Positions 1 through 13,424 of a DNA stretch of 64,000 bases are shown here, piece by piece. The stretch is from the NCBI RefSeq assembly GCF_009914755.1, contig NC_060937.1; one strand, written 5' to 3'. The stretch comes from the human T2T-CHM13v2.0 reference genome, Homo sapiens. The notes under the pieces were generated by a model. It was not told where the DNA came from. It did no database searches and saw nothing but the letters and a program-made list of their open reading frames with translations. The position numbers and the translations under genes are program-made. The stretch's first letter is position 1. Each line of letters starts with the position of its first letter.

Positions 1-604
1 AAGATAGGACTCTCAGATGACCTGGGGTAGTTTCTTCTATCCAGGGGGTTATCCATGAGTAGAGGCCTCCTACTGTCTGTCTAGCAGTTCACACAAGGTT
101 ACTAACCATGGAGGGGGGGCACTTCCTGTTGTAGATGATGCAGGACATGAGAGCACCAAAACTGGGAGGATTCTTGGCTTCCCTCAGGAAACAATTCAAG
201 GGCAAGCCAGTCGTGTTAGCAACCTTTTACTGAACAGCACTGCTCCTTGCAGTGCACCCAGAGTGAGCAGCATATGGGCTCTTCGCAACTGGGTTTATAC
301 TCACTTATACCCACTTACAATTGCATGCAAATTAAGGGGTGGGTTAATGCAAACTGAGGGTTGGGTTATTTAGAACTTTTTAGGGAAGGGGAGGTAACTT
401 CCAGGTAGTTGCCACGGAAAAAGGTGTAGCTTTTGGGTTGCTGCCATGGCATTTGAGAACTGTCACGGCACTGGTGGGACTGTTTTATGTCAATGAGCAA
501 TGAGGGCAGCGAGGGATCACTGTTGTCACCATCTGCTGGTTCCTACGGTTTCTTCACCTCATTCATTGGCACCAGGAAATAAGTCCTGCCAGTCCCCCAC
601 CTCA
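1..604 (-). mobile_element. ERV1-class LTR fragment (MER4-group/MER66-like)
   Basis: Minus strand begins TGAGGTGGGGGACTGGCAGGACTTATTTCCTGG, typical of this LTR group; family from memory of consensus. Confidence 0.6.
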
Positions 605-706
605 TAGATACTCCATTACCAATGCTTCACTAGGGTGAAAACAAAGTGGACATCAGTGAGGCTGTGGGGGCAATCAGGACCATCCAAAAGTCCAAGTTAT
701 TGTTCC

Positions 707-1030
707 TGCTATGGACTGCATATGTGTTCCTTTAAAATTCATGTGTTGAAACCTAATCCCCCAAAGTGATGGTATTTGAAGGTGGAGCCCTCAAGAATGG
801 GATTAGCGCCCTTATAAAACAGGCCCCAGATACCTCCCTCACCCCTTCCCCTGTGAGGACACAGTAAAAAGACAGCTGTCTATGAACCAGAAGATGGGCC
901 TTCACCAGACTGAGTCTGCAACTTGCTCTTGGATGTCCCAGCCTCCAAAACTGTGAGAAATGAATTTCTATTATTTACAAGCCACTCAGTTTACGGTATT
1001 TTGTTATAGCAGCCTGAATGGATGAAGACT
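707..1030 (+). mobile_element. MaLR LTR (MLT1A-like)
   Basis: TGCTATGGACTG...AAAATTCATGTGTTGAAACCTAATCCCC...GGTATTTTGTTATAGCAGCC termini. Confidence 0.8.
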
Positions 1031-1034
1031 GTCC

Positions 1035-1374
1035 CCATGGGCACACGACAGAACTGTACTTTTCTGCCTCCTTGGACTTGGCCGCGGCCATGAAACCTGC
1101 TTTGGTTAATGAAATGTGAGCAGAAGTGATGGAAGGTCTGGAAGCTGATGCCTATTTCCCCATGTTCTTGTTTCTCCTGCCGTGGTGACCAGCTACATTC
1201 CAGACAGTGCAGCCTTTCAACCTGAATCCAAAGGTGTGACAGCTTGGAGCAGAGCTCTCAGCCAACCAGGAATGGAGATGCTGCAATGAGTAGACAAGGG
1301 CAATGTCTTTTAGCTCACCGGAATTTGGGCTTGTATTCTGCCACAGCATAGCCTGGACTATCCCTGATCAACAC
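1035..1374 (+). mobile_element. Older MaLR LTR (MLT1I/J-like)
   Basis: GCTTTGGTTAATGAAATGTGAGCAGAAGTGA and a ...CACAGCATAGCCTGGACTATCCCTGATCAACACA 3' end. Confidence 0.55.
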
Positions 1375-2045
1375 AGAGGTCCTAAGAAGTTATTTACTGA
1401 AAATTCCAGTGAATGTCTCACAGCTGGAGAAGGCAACAAAGAGGAGCATAGAATTGGGCCTCGTGCCCAGGATTAAGCTTGCAGATGCAAGATGCTGCCC
1501 ACGAAGGGAAGCTCCCGCCTAAGCCCCCGCTCTGTGTTTCCCCGTACATACCATCTGCCCCACACAAATAATCAAGGCCATCTGCCACATAATTCTCTTA
1601 TGTCTTTAAACCTACAGTCTCTAGTGTCCTCTGGAGGTAAATGGATTCACTGTTCTGCCCAGTTTCTACTGGTTCTGCAGAGGGAAGGGTGAGCCTCTGG
1701 TCCCCAGGACAGCTGTTCAGAGCTGTTGGGGAGAAAGGGAGAAAAGGCAGCTCTGGTCCCACAGATGAGAGGAAAATGGTGAGAGATTTCACCATGTTTT
1801 GTGACATACGTGAAATTAAACACACCTCACCACTCCAAGTATTAATTTCCTGTCAAAAGCACCTATTTTTCCTATATGAAAAAATCACATTTCTCCTATT
1901 TACATAACATTGGCTCTTTTCTGTGTAAAGTAATAACCCTAGCCGTATAATGCTAAAAGTACATCTCCCCATCTCTGGCCTGGGAAGGCATTTTAAAAAA
2001 ATTTCTTGCATTAACTGACAATAAAAGACACCATTCTGAAATTGA

Positions 2046-3150
<1,105 letters not shown>

Positions 3151-3174
3151 TTGCTTCTGCCAGGCAGAACTAGC

Positions 3175-3360
3175 TGAGTGGGTTTCAGCCTTGGCTACCC
3201 ATTAGAATAATCTGGGTAGATATAAAATATCTCAATGCCCAGGCGAAAATCCAGACCAATTAAATCAGAATATCTGGAATTCTGGGAATCTGTGGGCTCA
3301 AGTAGCGATATTTTTAAGGTTCTCCAGATGATTCCAATGAACATATACCATTGAGAATAA
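3175..3360. mobile_element. MER5-type hAT-Charlie DNA transposon fossil
   Basis: CCAGACCAATTAAATCAGAAT.TCTGG...TTTTTAAGGTTCTCCAGATGATTCCAATG. Confidence 0.65.
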
Positions 3361-4019
3361 TCACCTTGATCCAAGTTCAGGACTTAATATTATCTATAAT
3401 GTGATATCCCTCTGGGGCCAGTCTAAGTTTACTTTCAATTTATTCCTATTTGTTGGGTGTGGACTTTGCAGCCTCAACCCAAAATATAGGTTTTCCATGC
3501 TGTTCCCACTCTTGGCAGGCTCTGGCCTCCACTCTTGTACCCATAGCCCTGGGAGGCTGTAAAAAAAAATTCTGTCTCTCAGCTACCTCTTTACGCACTG
3601 GCAAATGCCCTGAAAGGCAAAGCTGTCTCAAATGTTAGGCTTAAGTCTCTGAATTTATGTCTTTTACGCGAACTCTTCACCACCCTGTTAGCTCTCTGAT
3701 CCTTCAGGAAGGTATCTTTCAAGCAGATATTTTTCATACATTGTCCAGTTCTCACTTTCACCAGAAGGCCTGGTCCAAACTGCTTAGTTTACCATTTTAT
3801 TACTGGAGGCTCAAGTACCTGGAACTTGATGTTGTGTAGTTTACTTTGGTTTGGAGGTATGTTAGCAAAGTGGATATTTGTCACGATTTCCTGGCATCAT
3901 TGGAAAGCCTTCCTATGTTTATGGAATTTCCCACATTTTCAGTCCTGCTCTCCAGGTAAGAAATCAGAACTACTTGATCAGGCTTCCATACAGCCAGGCA
4001 CGGCCTTGTAACTTAAACT

Positions 4020-4590
4020 TTGCTGATCAGGTCGCCCTGGCTTTTGGACTCAGTTATCTTTGGTAGAAACGGTAACGACGGCTTTTGCCTTTGGGGGGCA
4101 GCAGTGGCGAACCTTCATGCATCCGAACCTGTTTCTTTGGTGTGAGCTATTTTAGTTTCGGGTCCTCGGGGTGGGGGCGGACGTGTTGTGAGGAGCAGGG
4201 ATACGTGTTAGTGCCTGCGCGAGGTCAGGTAGTCAAGGGTCCGCAAAAAGCTGGGAGAGGCATCAGGCCGCGATGCAAGTCTGACGCCGAGTAAGTAGGA
4301 GAGGCAGAGAGGCTGGGTGGAAGCGCCCTGGACCACCACGCAGTCCAACTTGGCAAAGCCGGCCGGGGAGTCCTGGAGCCTGAGACAGCAGTCCGCGAAA
4401 TTGCCCGCCTCCCGAAACAGATCTGCTCCAGCATCCCTTCGCTTCCATCACGGGCTGGGAGCCGCCCACGGGAGGTGCGGCCTCGCTGCAAGGCAGAGGA
4501 AGATTTCAAAGCCCAGCGGCTGGCACATGTAGGATGCTTATGCAATCTCTAGAGTCTTGGAAAATTAAATTTTAAAATATTCTCTAAACG
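4020..4590. promoter_or_regulatory. Secondary CpG-rich element upstream of TPP2 (putative promoter/enhancer)
   Basis: About 33 CpGs counted by eye in roughly 500 bp; not recognisable as Alu; E2F-like CCGCGAAA at 4393-4400. Confidence 0.55.
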
Positions 4591-6292
4591 ATAGGCTGCA
4601 GCAATAGTTGCAAGGAAGGCGATTCATAGAAAGCTATTGCCTTCCACAGCACCTGTGCCTTGGATTGCAGCCTCAAATGGGGCAGGTGACAGGAAAAACA
4701 TCTGACTCAGCACTTCCTGCTTTGAACAATGCTGGGTGAGAGAAGTTGCTGTGCGTCCAGCCTATTATTAATACTTTACCCTCCATAAGATGACCAACGC
4801 CTAGGCCTACTGACCTTGTTTTTGCCTCTCCTCCTCCTCATTTTTTTTTTGTTTTATTATTATATATTATTACAGATTATCCATGTTTCTCTACTTATAC
4901 TCTCTACTTGTTTCCAATATCCAATGAACTGTCACACAAACTGTCTTAGCATTAAAAATTCCCCCCAGTGATAATGTCATTAAATCAAAGGAGGAAAAAA
5001 TGTAAGCACTTATAATATGTACAACATTTGGCTTGAAGACAAACAGTAAATGACTGTATTGAGTTAAAGTGATTTCAGGGGTTATATAAAATAGTGGGTT
5101 TCAAACTGGTACATGGATAGTTTCGATGAAATCAATTTCCAGATGCCTGAAGTCAACCACTTTTTTCTAAGCTTATCTGCCTGGCAGCGTGCCTGTGGCG
5201 GAAAGACATGATTCTCTTTTGCACCTATTTCAGTGCTGGGTCTCCCACCTTTTAGGGAAAAGGAACACATCCCGAATCTTACTATTATGCACCACCTGCA
5301 GGTGTAATAGCCTCTGGGGCATCAAATAACGGGACAATTTGAAATACTATCACTAAAACTTTATTTATTATCAAAGTTCAATAACCAATCCTATCCATCT
5401 TTTTTTAAAATCAAGAACAATTTTTGTTAAGACCACAATTAGCAAAAAAAAGTTACAGCATTTTTGAAACATTCCACAATCTATTATGAGGAACAAGGGC
5501 TAGGGAACAAACACCAAAGCATAACAGCATATGCTCTGCTGTGTGTTATGTTAAACCACTTTTCATTTGTCTCATTAAATCCATCTTTTCTACAATTTAA
5601 GCAAAGGTTATAGAGCAAAAGATGACATTTGTCATATGAGTGATTCTTAAAATGGGAGCTTCAACGTACGTCTGAATTTTGTTCACATTACTTTCTGGGC
5701 ATATTATGTAATACTTATATATCCTGGTTTTGCTTCTTAAGAATTGATGATTCAATTTTACAAGAGACACAGACATACAAATCTTATCCTTTTAACTAGT
5801 CCTGTCATTAACAGAAGCATGACTTATTTATACCAAGCATCTTTTTAAGAGCTCTATTTTCAATAAAAATTTTTTTGTCCTGTAATTTTTAATCAAAGCT
5901 TAAGACTTACTCATGTTGTTGTAATCAACTTTGTAATAACTGAAAGATAACCCAAAAGAATAAGTTTAACATTTTTCTTCCAGGAAAATTTTTAAAATTA
6001 ATATATTTTTATTGCAGATGATGATACATTATCAATATGCCTTTCCATTATAAATGCAAATTACAATGAGAAAAAATTCCATATAGAATGGAAATAAAGT
6101 TTCCAGAAGAAATAGTGATATAAAATGTCTGCTTTTAAGTGTTCAGATATTTTATAAATAGTTGATGGTAGCTATCAGAGTTACACTCAACTGGGTATAT
6201 TTACATGAGAAACGTGAAAGTTTCATTAAATAATGACGATATTTATACTATGCCAGAAATTACATCCTTTATAATTTTTAAAATTTATGATA

Positions 6293-7013
<721 letters not shown>

Positions 7014-7585
7014 CTAAAGAACATTGTTACGGCAGTCTAATAAAAAGTCTGCCACCTAGGTTTCATAATAAACTGTTCATTCCCCATTTATTCATTGGGT
7101 GATACTCTGGCAAAGTCATGCACATGGTGTGGTAGAACATACTGGGGAGAGATTGTGAGAAGACAAATCCAGTGTTTTCATCAACCTGTTTTGTAATCCA
7201 TGACAGTCAGTTAACTTTGTTTCTTCATCTATAAAATGAAGTGATTGGACTATGGTTCATTTGAAACTGGGAGCCATTCTATTCTATCACTATAAGCTCT
7301 ATACTGAATGTCTTCTGCGAGTTTGTTATTCTGTTTTCGTCTGTGTTAATTTGAAATTCTTTTCTAGAGGTAATGTAAACAGTTGGGAATAAGAAGAAAA
7401 ACATTCAACTTTTCTTTTTCCTCTGCACTAAAGAGAACATGCTTGTGTAAGACTTATGGACTGAATAAATGATCAAGGAATCAGCTGAAACCATTGCACA
7501 GCCATAAGAATAATTTTTGAGACTTAATGGAGGATCTCTGAAATTGTGTGGGTTGGAAACCGCATGCATAAGGCTTTCCTTTATA

Positions 7586-8063
7586 CCAGGTACTCTTAAC
7601 TTGGTGTCCATAGACAGAATCCAAGGGGTTCAAAAACTTCCGTAGAAAAAAGATACAAACCTCTTAATTTTTTTCACATCAAGTATGAATGTAGGCAAAA
7701 ACCAGGGTAGTTATGCTGTTATGTCACCAATAAAAATCAGTTCATCGTAGTGCAGTTTTCACCGCTATCTCCAAATAATTATATTCTTCACTATTTTGAA
7801 GTTATGGTAGTTTATTAGCCTTGGCCCTAGCTCCTGTTATTTAATGCAAAAGAAGCACACCTGTAACTATATACACACACGTAAAGCTCCTGCTATATAA
7901 CAAAATTGCCTTTAGTATTTTTGATAACTGCATTTAAACATAATTTATTTCCTGGGTAATCCTATCTATTTCATTGTATGCATTTTAAAACACTGCTTGA
8001 GAAATAGGCCTCACCAGATTGCCAAAGGGGTCTTCGGCACAATAAAAGGCTAAGATTACCCTG
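7586..8063. mobile_element. hAT-Charlie-type DNA transposon fossil
   Basis: Imperfect terminal inverted repeats CAGGTACTCTTAAC ... GCTAAGATTACCCTG; interior resembles the MER113/Charlie family. Confidence 0.55.
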
Positions 8064-8870
8064 GCATGAGCATAGACATAAAGATCATTAGAGGACCACT
8101 ATGCAGCTTGCAGCAACTGACGGCAGGCACTGTGAATCTGGAAAACTGAAAATTATGGCTCTATAATTGAGTGGACAGCCGTAAGGAGCAATCAGAAACT
8201 TCAGTGTAAGAGGAAAAAAAAGATGTTTTTCAGAAATCCCGGAAGCTAAGGATCAGCAGAGGATAGGAGGGGCCCATTTCAGTCTCGTGCTTTGTTACTG
8301 GCTACAAAGGCGACGGAATGACCAACAACCCACTTCCTGTTGACTGAAACTATTGCCTGTCTCCACCCTATTGCTCCCCCTCACCACCTCACCCCCATCA
8401 AAGGGGCATAACAACACAGGGGAACCCAAAGTCTACACCCCTTAACCTACGACCTTCCAAAATCATGTCCGGAGCTTTCGCCGACACCGCAGACTCCTTA
8501 GCGGCTAAGCGTGAGTGCGCCGGCTCCCTTGCCTCGGGTCAGCAGCACCCCGGGGCTGGGGCTCCTGCAGCAGCCGCACCAAAAAGTTTCATCCACAACC
8601 TTAAGTTTGGAAACTATCGTTTGCCAAGCGAAGGGTTCCCATTATTCCTGGCTGGCGGTCCATCTCCTTGCCCGTCTCTCGGGGAGTGATTCGGTCCGGG
8701 ACACCAGGACTCTGCTTGGAGGCCTGCTGTTGCCTAAAAACCCCAAGCGCGGGCCTCTTCAAGGCCCCAGGTTCGAGATCCGAACCCTCCAGTAATGTCC
8801 TCAGACTCCTCCCCCTTCACTGCAGCCCGGGCAATACTCGGGCCTAGCTCCTGAGAGCGGCGCCGTTGGC

Positions 8871-8958
8871 TTACGTAGCAGCACGTGATTGGCCACCGCT
8901 CCCTGGCAGGCCGGGATTGGTGGAAGACGGGCCGACCCCGCCCCTCGCCCCCGCCTCC
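8871..8958 (+). promoter_or_regulatory. TATA-less TPP2 core promoter: E-box, two inverted CCAAT boxes, GC boxes
   Basis: CACGTG 8882-8887 abutting ATTGG 8888-8892; second ATTGG 8916-8920; CCCCGCCCC 8936-8944 and CCCCCGCCTCC 8948-8958; no TATA seen before ATG 9045. Confidence 0.85.
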
Positions 8959-9044
8959 GGCCCGAGGCCGCACGGGTGTCCTCGCGCTGCTAGTCCGCGC
9001 GCAGCCTGGCAGTTTGCCGCTTCCTCGTCCTCCATCCTGCGTCC

Positions 9045-9209
9045 ATGGCCACCGCTGCGACTGAGGAGCCCTTCCCTTTTCACGGTCTCCTGCCGAAGAA
9101 GGAGACCGGAGCCGCCTCCTTCCTCTGCCGCTACCCGGAGTATGATGGGCGGGGGGTGCTCATCGCAGTCCTGGACACGGGGGTCGACCCGGGGGCTCCG
9201 GGCATGCAG
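9045..9209 (+). CDS. TPP2: TPP2 exon 1 coding part (aa 1-55), contains catalytic Asp44
   Basis: Translates [55 protein letters not shown], with the subtilase VAVLDTG-type motif (Asp codon GAC 9174-9176). Donor CAG|GTGAGG; lies in the CpG island. Confidence 0.98.
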
Positions 9210-10954
9210 GTGAGGCGGCCCCCGAGGGCCCGGGCGCGGGGGCGCGGGCGGCCGGGGACGCGGGTGGGGACACAGTCTCGGAGCCCGGCAGGCCAAAGCC
9301 CCGCTCTGCGGCCGAGTCCGGGCCGGGGTGGGCAGCACCGGGGTGGGCAGAGGTCAGAGCCGGGCGCGGGAGGGACGGGCGCCCGCCAAGGGGACTCAAC
9401 GGCGCACAGTGCCAGGGTCGCTGGGCGGGCGAGGGCCCGGACCCCAGGTTGGGCCGTGGTCCCCCCAGCTCAACAAAAGCAGCGTGCCCGGCGCGGCTGC
9501 CTGGGGAAGCCTGGGTCCCCCTTTGGCCCCAGGGACTCCCCTTCCTTCTCGCTTCGGCGCTGCCAGGCCGGACCCCCCAGGCTCCTTCCCTCCACGCCGC
9601 CTTCCTCTGCCTACCCCTCGTGCCTCGGACACCGGTCCCAGCCTGACGTTTTTAAAGAGAATTTTACAGCTTTTATCATTGGGGTGGGGTGGAGACACCA
9701 GATAGGCAACTGACATGTGAGAACTTAATGTTTAGGGATCGGGAGATTTGGTTTGGGGAAGAATAGTTTGTCTTTAAGCACGAAAGCTGGGTTTCCAGAA
9801 GATAACCCAGTCCTCTTCCGGAATTGTTTCCTGTGGTAGTTTTGTGTATTCTATTTTTAAACGGTCTTCTGCAGCGTGTTTGCTTAGGGTCATTGAATCT
9901 TGTGGCTTAGTCTTCGTTTACATAAGGAGAATTCAGTTAGGTTTGGTTTTGGCGAGCTTCTCAGACCTTATGAAAATATGCGACTTTTTTTTTTTTAAAC
10001 CTGAAAACATACGACGGTTTTTAAAAATTACTTAGTTTTTTGCCTTAGGCAACTTTAAAATCTGTAGATTCAAGGTATCATACCAGAAGGTAGTTTTTTT
10101 GAAAGTATGTTGTCTCTCGTTAAAAGCATTCTGTTTAAAGTCTTTAAAGTTTAACTTTTGTACTTTTAACCCTTTACTGAAATCCAGTAATAAAATTTCA
10201 CCGTTATTCAAGATCCATCTCCCAGCATCCCTGACTAATCCTACTGTATGCTGATCTCTCGTTGATCAGCCCCTGGCTATCTTATCCTCCTTTCTACACT
10301 AAACACTCATCCTCCTCCCCACAATGTCCCTTCCCTTCTGGATCCTTTATCGTGCTTTCTGATTATTGAGGTAGCATTTTGGAAGTAACGAGGGGGAGTC
10401 TGGCCGAATCTGCTTAGAAACCCCTGGGAATCTTGATTCCTGGTGTGTGTTCTTCAGCACCACTCTGGAGTACAGCACACCTTTTGTGAATCAGAAGAGG
10501 ATCAGGTACTGAATTCCCTCCCGGTAACTGGAGTTATATAGTTGTCGTTGTATTAATAACTTAAAGACTTAGAACAATGACAGCTATCAACTCATTTGGG
10601 GCTTTATTACAAAGTAATAATGCTTTTCATTCAGCTGTGGAGTGTGTTTACTTTTTATAGGATGAGTGGGAGGAAAACAGCTGGGATAAGTGGTTCACCG
10701 GTTCTTTTGTCAGGATAATAAGAGGGTCAGAAAAGTTTGGAGAAGTGCTGCTTGGTAGAATTTGTTGGTAGAATTTCCAGATCTGTTTCTCACATTATTC
10801 TGTTACTCTCTCTAAAGTAACAATAATTTTCACCCCACAGCGTTGCTGTGAAAATTGATTATAAGAGGACTGGCTAATTACATGTGACTTTTTTAAATGC
10901 TCAAGAAAAATATTAAACTATTTTGGCAATGATATTTATTCTTTTTTGTATATA

Positions 10955-11190
10955 TAATTTCAACTTTTATTTTAGATTCAGAAGGTAGAAGTACAGGTTT
11001 GTTACATGGGGATATTGCCTGATGTTAAGGTTTGGGGTGTGATTGATCCTGTCACCCAGGTAGTGAGCGTGGTACCCAGTAGGTAGTGTTTCAGTCTTAT
11101 TTCCACCCCTTCCCTTTGGGATCCCCAGTATCTGTTGTTCCCGTCTTTGTGTCCATGTGTACTCAATATTTAGCTCCCACCATAAGTGAA
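10955..11190 (-). mobile_element. L1 3' end (old L1PA/L1PB)
   Basis: CAACTTTTATTTTAGATTCAG...CAGGTTTGTTACATGGG...CACCCAGGTAGTGAGC...TTTAGCTCCCAC. Confidence 0.85.
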
Positions 11191-12885
11191 TAGAAGTTTA
11201 TGCTGGATCTTTCATCACCAACTATTTGGAGGGTAAATATATGTTAGATATTTGCATGTAATAAATATTCAGATGATAAAATATTGAAATAAAATGAAAG
11301 CATAAGTCTTCTCTTTTAACAACCTTGACTCAGATATTGGCCTAAACATAGCCAGTTAAAAGAAATTGGGTACGGTGGCTTGCAAACGTGAGGATTTTTT
11401 TTTCCTGTACCTTTAACAGATTTATTTTGTAGATATATGTGTACATCATTAAGATTAGAGGATGGATAGAAAGAAAAAGGAAGGAAAGAATGAAATAGGA
11501 GGAAGATGAGGCTGAACTGGCAGTTTGGAAAGCCGGGTGGGGTCTGAATAAAGGACTAGAGGCACAAGTGAAAACGTGGAAGAACACAGTGGGTTGTCTC
11601 AGTCTTTGGTGACTTCCTTGGGCCCAATTCTTTTGTGACAGGTCTGTGGGCATGATCAAGTGGAGGATGGGTGGCATGAGAAGAGTAGTAGTTACGTAAG
11701 TGATTTCATATTTCCTCAGCAGATATTCAGGCACCTACCAGGTGCCTAAGTTTGTGTTAAATGATATAGTCTTGCAAACTGTCACTCTTGCAGAGATTGA
11801 CAAGGATTATTGGGGGGATGGGGCAGGGATTGGGGCAGCATTGGCCAGTAAGAGCTGGACTGGTCAGGTTTCACAGACCAGATGGAACTTGGACTAGACC
11901 AGAATATATGTATGCAATAGCCAGGAGGTCTCCCTTCCACCAGTCTTGTTTCTCTTTGATCCATCCTTCACATTTCTAGAGTTAGATTCCTTAAAAAAAA
12001 AAAAAACCTTGTATTATACCCTCATTTAAAACAAAGCCATTTTGGAATCTCAACTGCTTTTGTGTAAAAATTAAAAAAAAAATTGAATGGTATATATGAG
12101 GCCATTTGCCATCCAACTCTGGCCTCCTTATGTAGCCTCAGTTCTCATCATTTCTTATGTCCATAGCCCCTTCATCCCCACCTTTCATCCTTTGCCTCCC
12201 CTTGAACATTTCATTCTTACACTCACCTAGATGTTTCAGGTCTTTTTGCCAATACATGCCTTTGCATGTGGCGTTTCATCTTCCGTCAGGCTTCTACCAT
12301 CCGTCATCTGTAAACTCCTGCTTCATCCTTTAAGATCCAGTCGGGTCTTGACACCATTATGTTTTGGAAAATCAACTGATTTAATTCTGCGCGCCCCCTC
12401 CCCCCACCACCTCGTATTTATGTGTGTTTGCCATTGTGTTAGGGCCTGCAGCTTCAGAGGTGAGTAAGGCCCAATCCCTCCTAAGAGTTATTTAGGCTTT
12501 TTGTCTCTTTGCTGTTATAGCAATTTGCTTAGATCCCCTTAATAGCACCTGAAATATGTATTTTAGTGTTTCTGTTTAGATAACTTTTTCCTGGTTAACT
12601 TAAAAATCTTTGAAAGCATGTATCAAAATTGTATGACATGTGCTTGTAATGTTAAATGTTTTTGTTGAATGGAAAAAATATATATGGGCATAATGAAGGA
12701 ATATAATTTCCTCATAGAGGGAAAAAAAAGGTTTGAGGAGGTTACGAGTAGTTTCATAAAACTCTATTTTTACATTCACTAAAATTTTATTACCTCTCTT
12801 TCAGTTAGCTTTCCCTCATTCCCCCCAAGTTGGGTTTTGTGTTTTTACATGTTTTTGTATGCTTTCATAGATAGTGTCCTAACCT

Positions 12886-13115
12886 CTTTTTTTTTTTTCC
12901 CTCAAAGACAGGGTCTCACTCTGTCACCCAGGCTGGAGTACAGTGGCACAGTGGCAGGATCACCACTCATTTCAGCCTCAAACTCCTGGGTTTAAGCAAG
13001 CCTCCTGCCTCAGCCACTGCAGTAGCTGGGACCATAAGCATGTGCCACCATACCCAGCTAATTTTTTAATTTTTTTGTAGAGACAGGGTCTCACTGTGTT
13101 ACCCAGACTGGCCTG
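12886..13115 (-). mobile_element. Truncated AluJ-like element
   Basis: Poly-T, GACAGGGTCTCACTCTGTCACCCAGGCTGGAGTACAGTGG..., truncated in the left arm. Confidence 0.9.
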
Positions 13116-13365
13116 ACCTCTATTATTTGTTGTCCTGTTTTGTCATCATCTCTCTACTTACTTTTTCTTTCCAACCAATAGTAACCTTTACAAAAGCAAA
13201 GATTGTCTTATTTATATTAATCATTATATTCTTAGAATAAAAGTCACTGGTTAATATTTATTAAATCTTTATTTGCTTAAAAGAATATTTTCAGTACCTT
13301 TCCTGAAATTTTAAGTCAACTCATTAACTTTGTGTTGTTTATGATAGATTGCAAACTTCCCGCCA

Positions 13366-13424
13366 TTTGTTCTGGTCCTCTCTGCAAATGTCCTACCTTT
13401 TGTTCTGGTCCTCTCTGCAAATGT
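13366..13424. repeat. 26-bp exact direct repeat, period 33
   Basis: TTTGTTCTGGTCCTCTCTGCAAATGT at 13366-13391 and 13399-13424. Confidence 0.95.

Larger units (their letters stand above)
8460..9650. promoter_or_regulatory. CpG island spanning the TPP2 promoter, exon 1 and start of intron 1
   Basis: Abrupt shift to high GC and dense CpG against an AT-rich background; boundaries approximate. Confidence 0.92.

Noticed and set aside
4085-4545. Short ORFs in the upstream CpG-rich element as a processed pseudogene or small gene
   Set aside because: No recognisable protein similarity, poly(A) tail or target-site duplication seen; kept only as a regulatory candidate.
9045-9713. 222-aa ORF from the TPP2 ATG
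   Set aside because: Only the first 55 codons are TPP2. The rest is read-through past a good donor (CAG|GTGAGG) into GC-rich intron 1, where stops are rare.
8465-9716. Several overlapping ORFs on both strands, e.g. 8871-9338 minus, 155 aa
   Set aside because: Pro/Arg/Gly/Ala-rich low-complexity translations expected in a CpG island; no recognisable domain.
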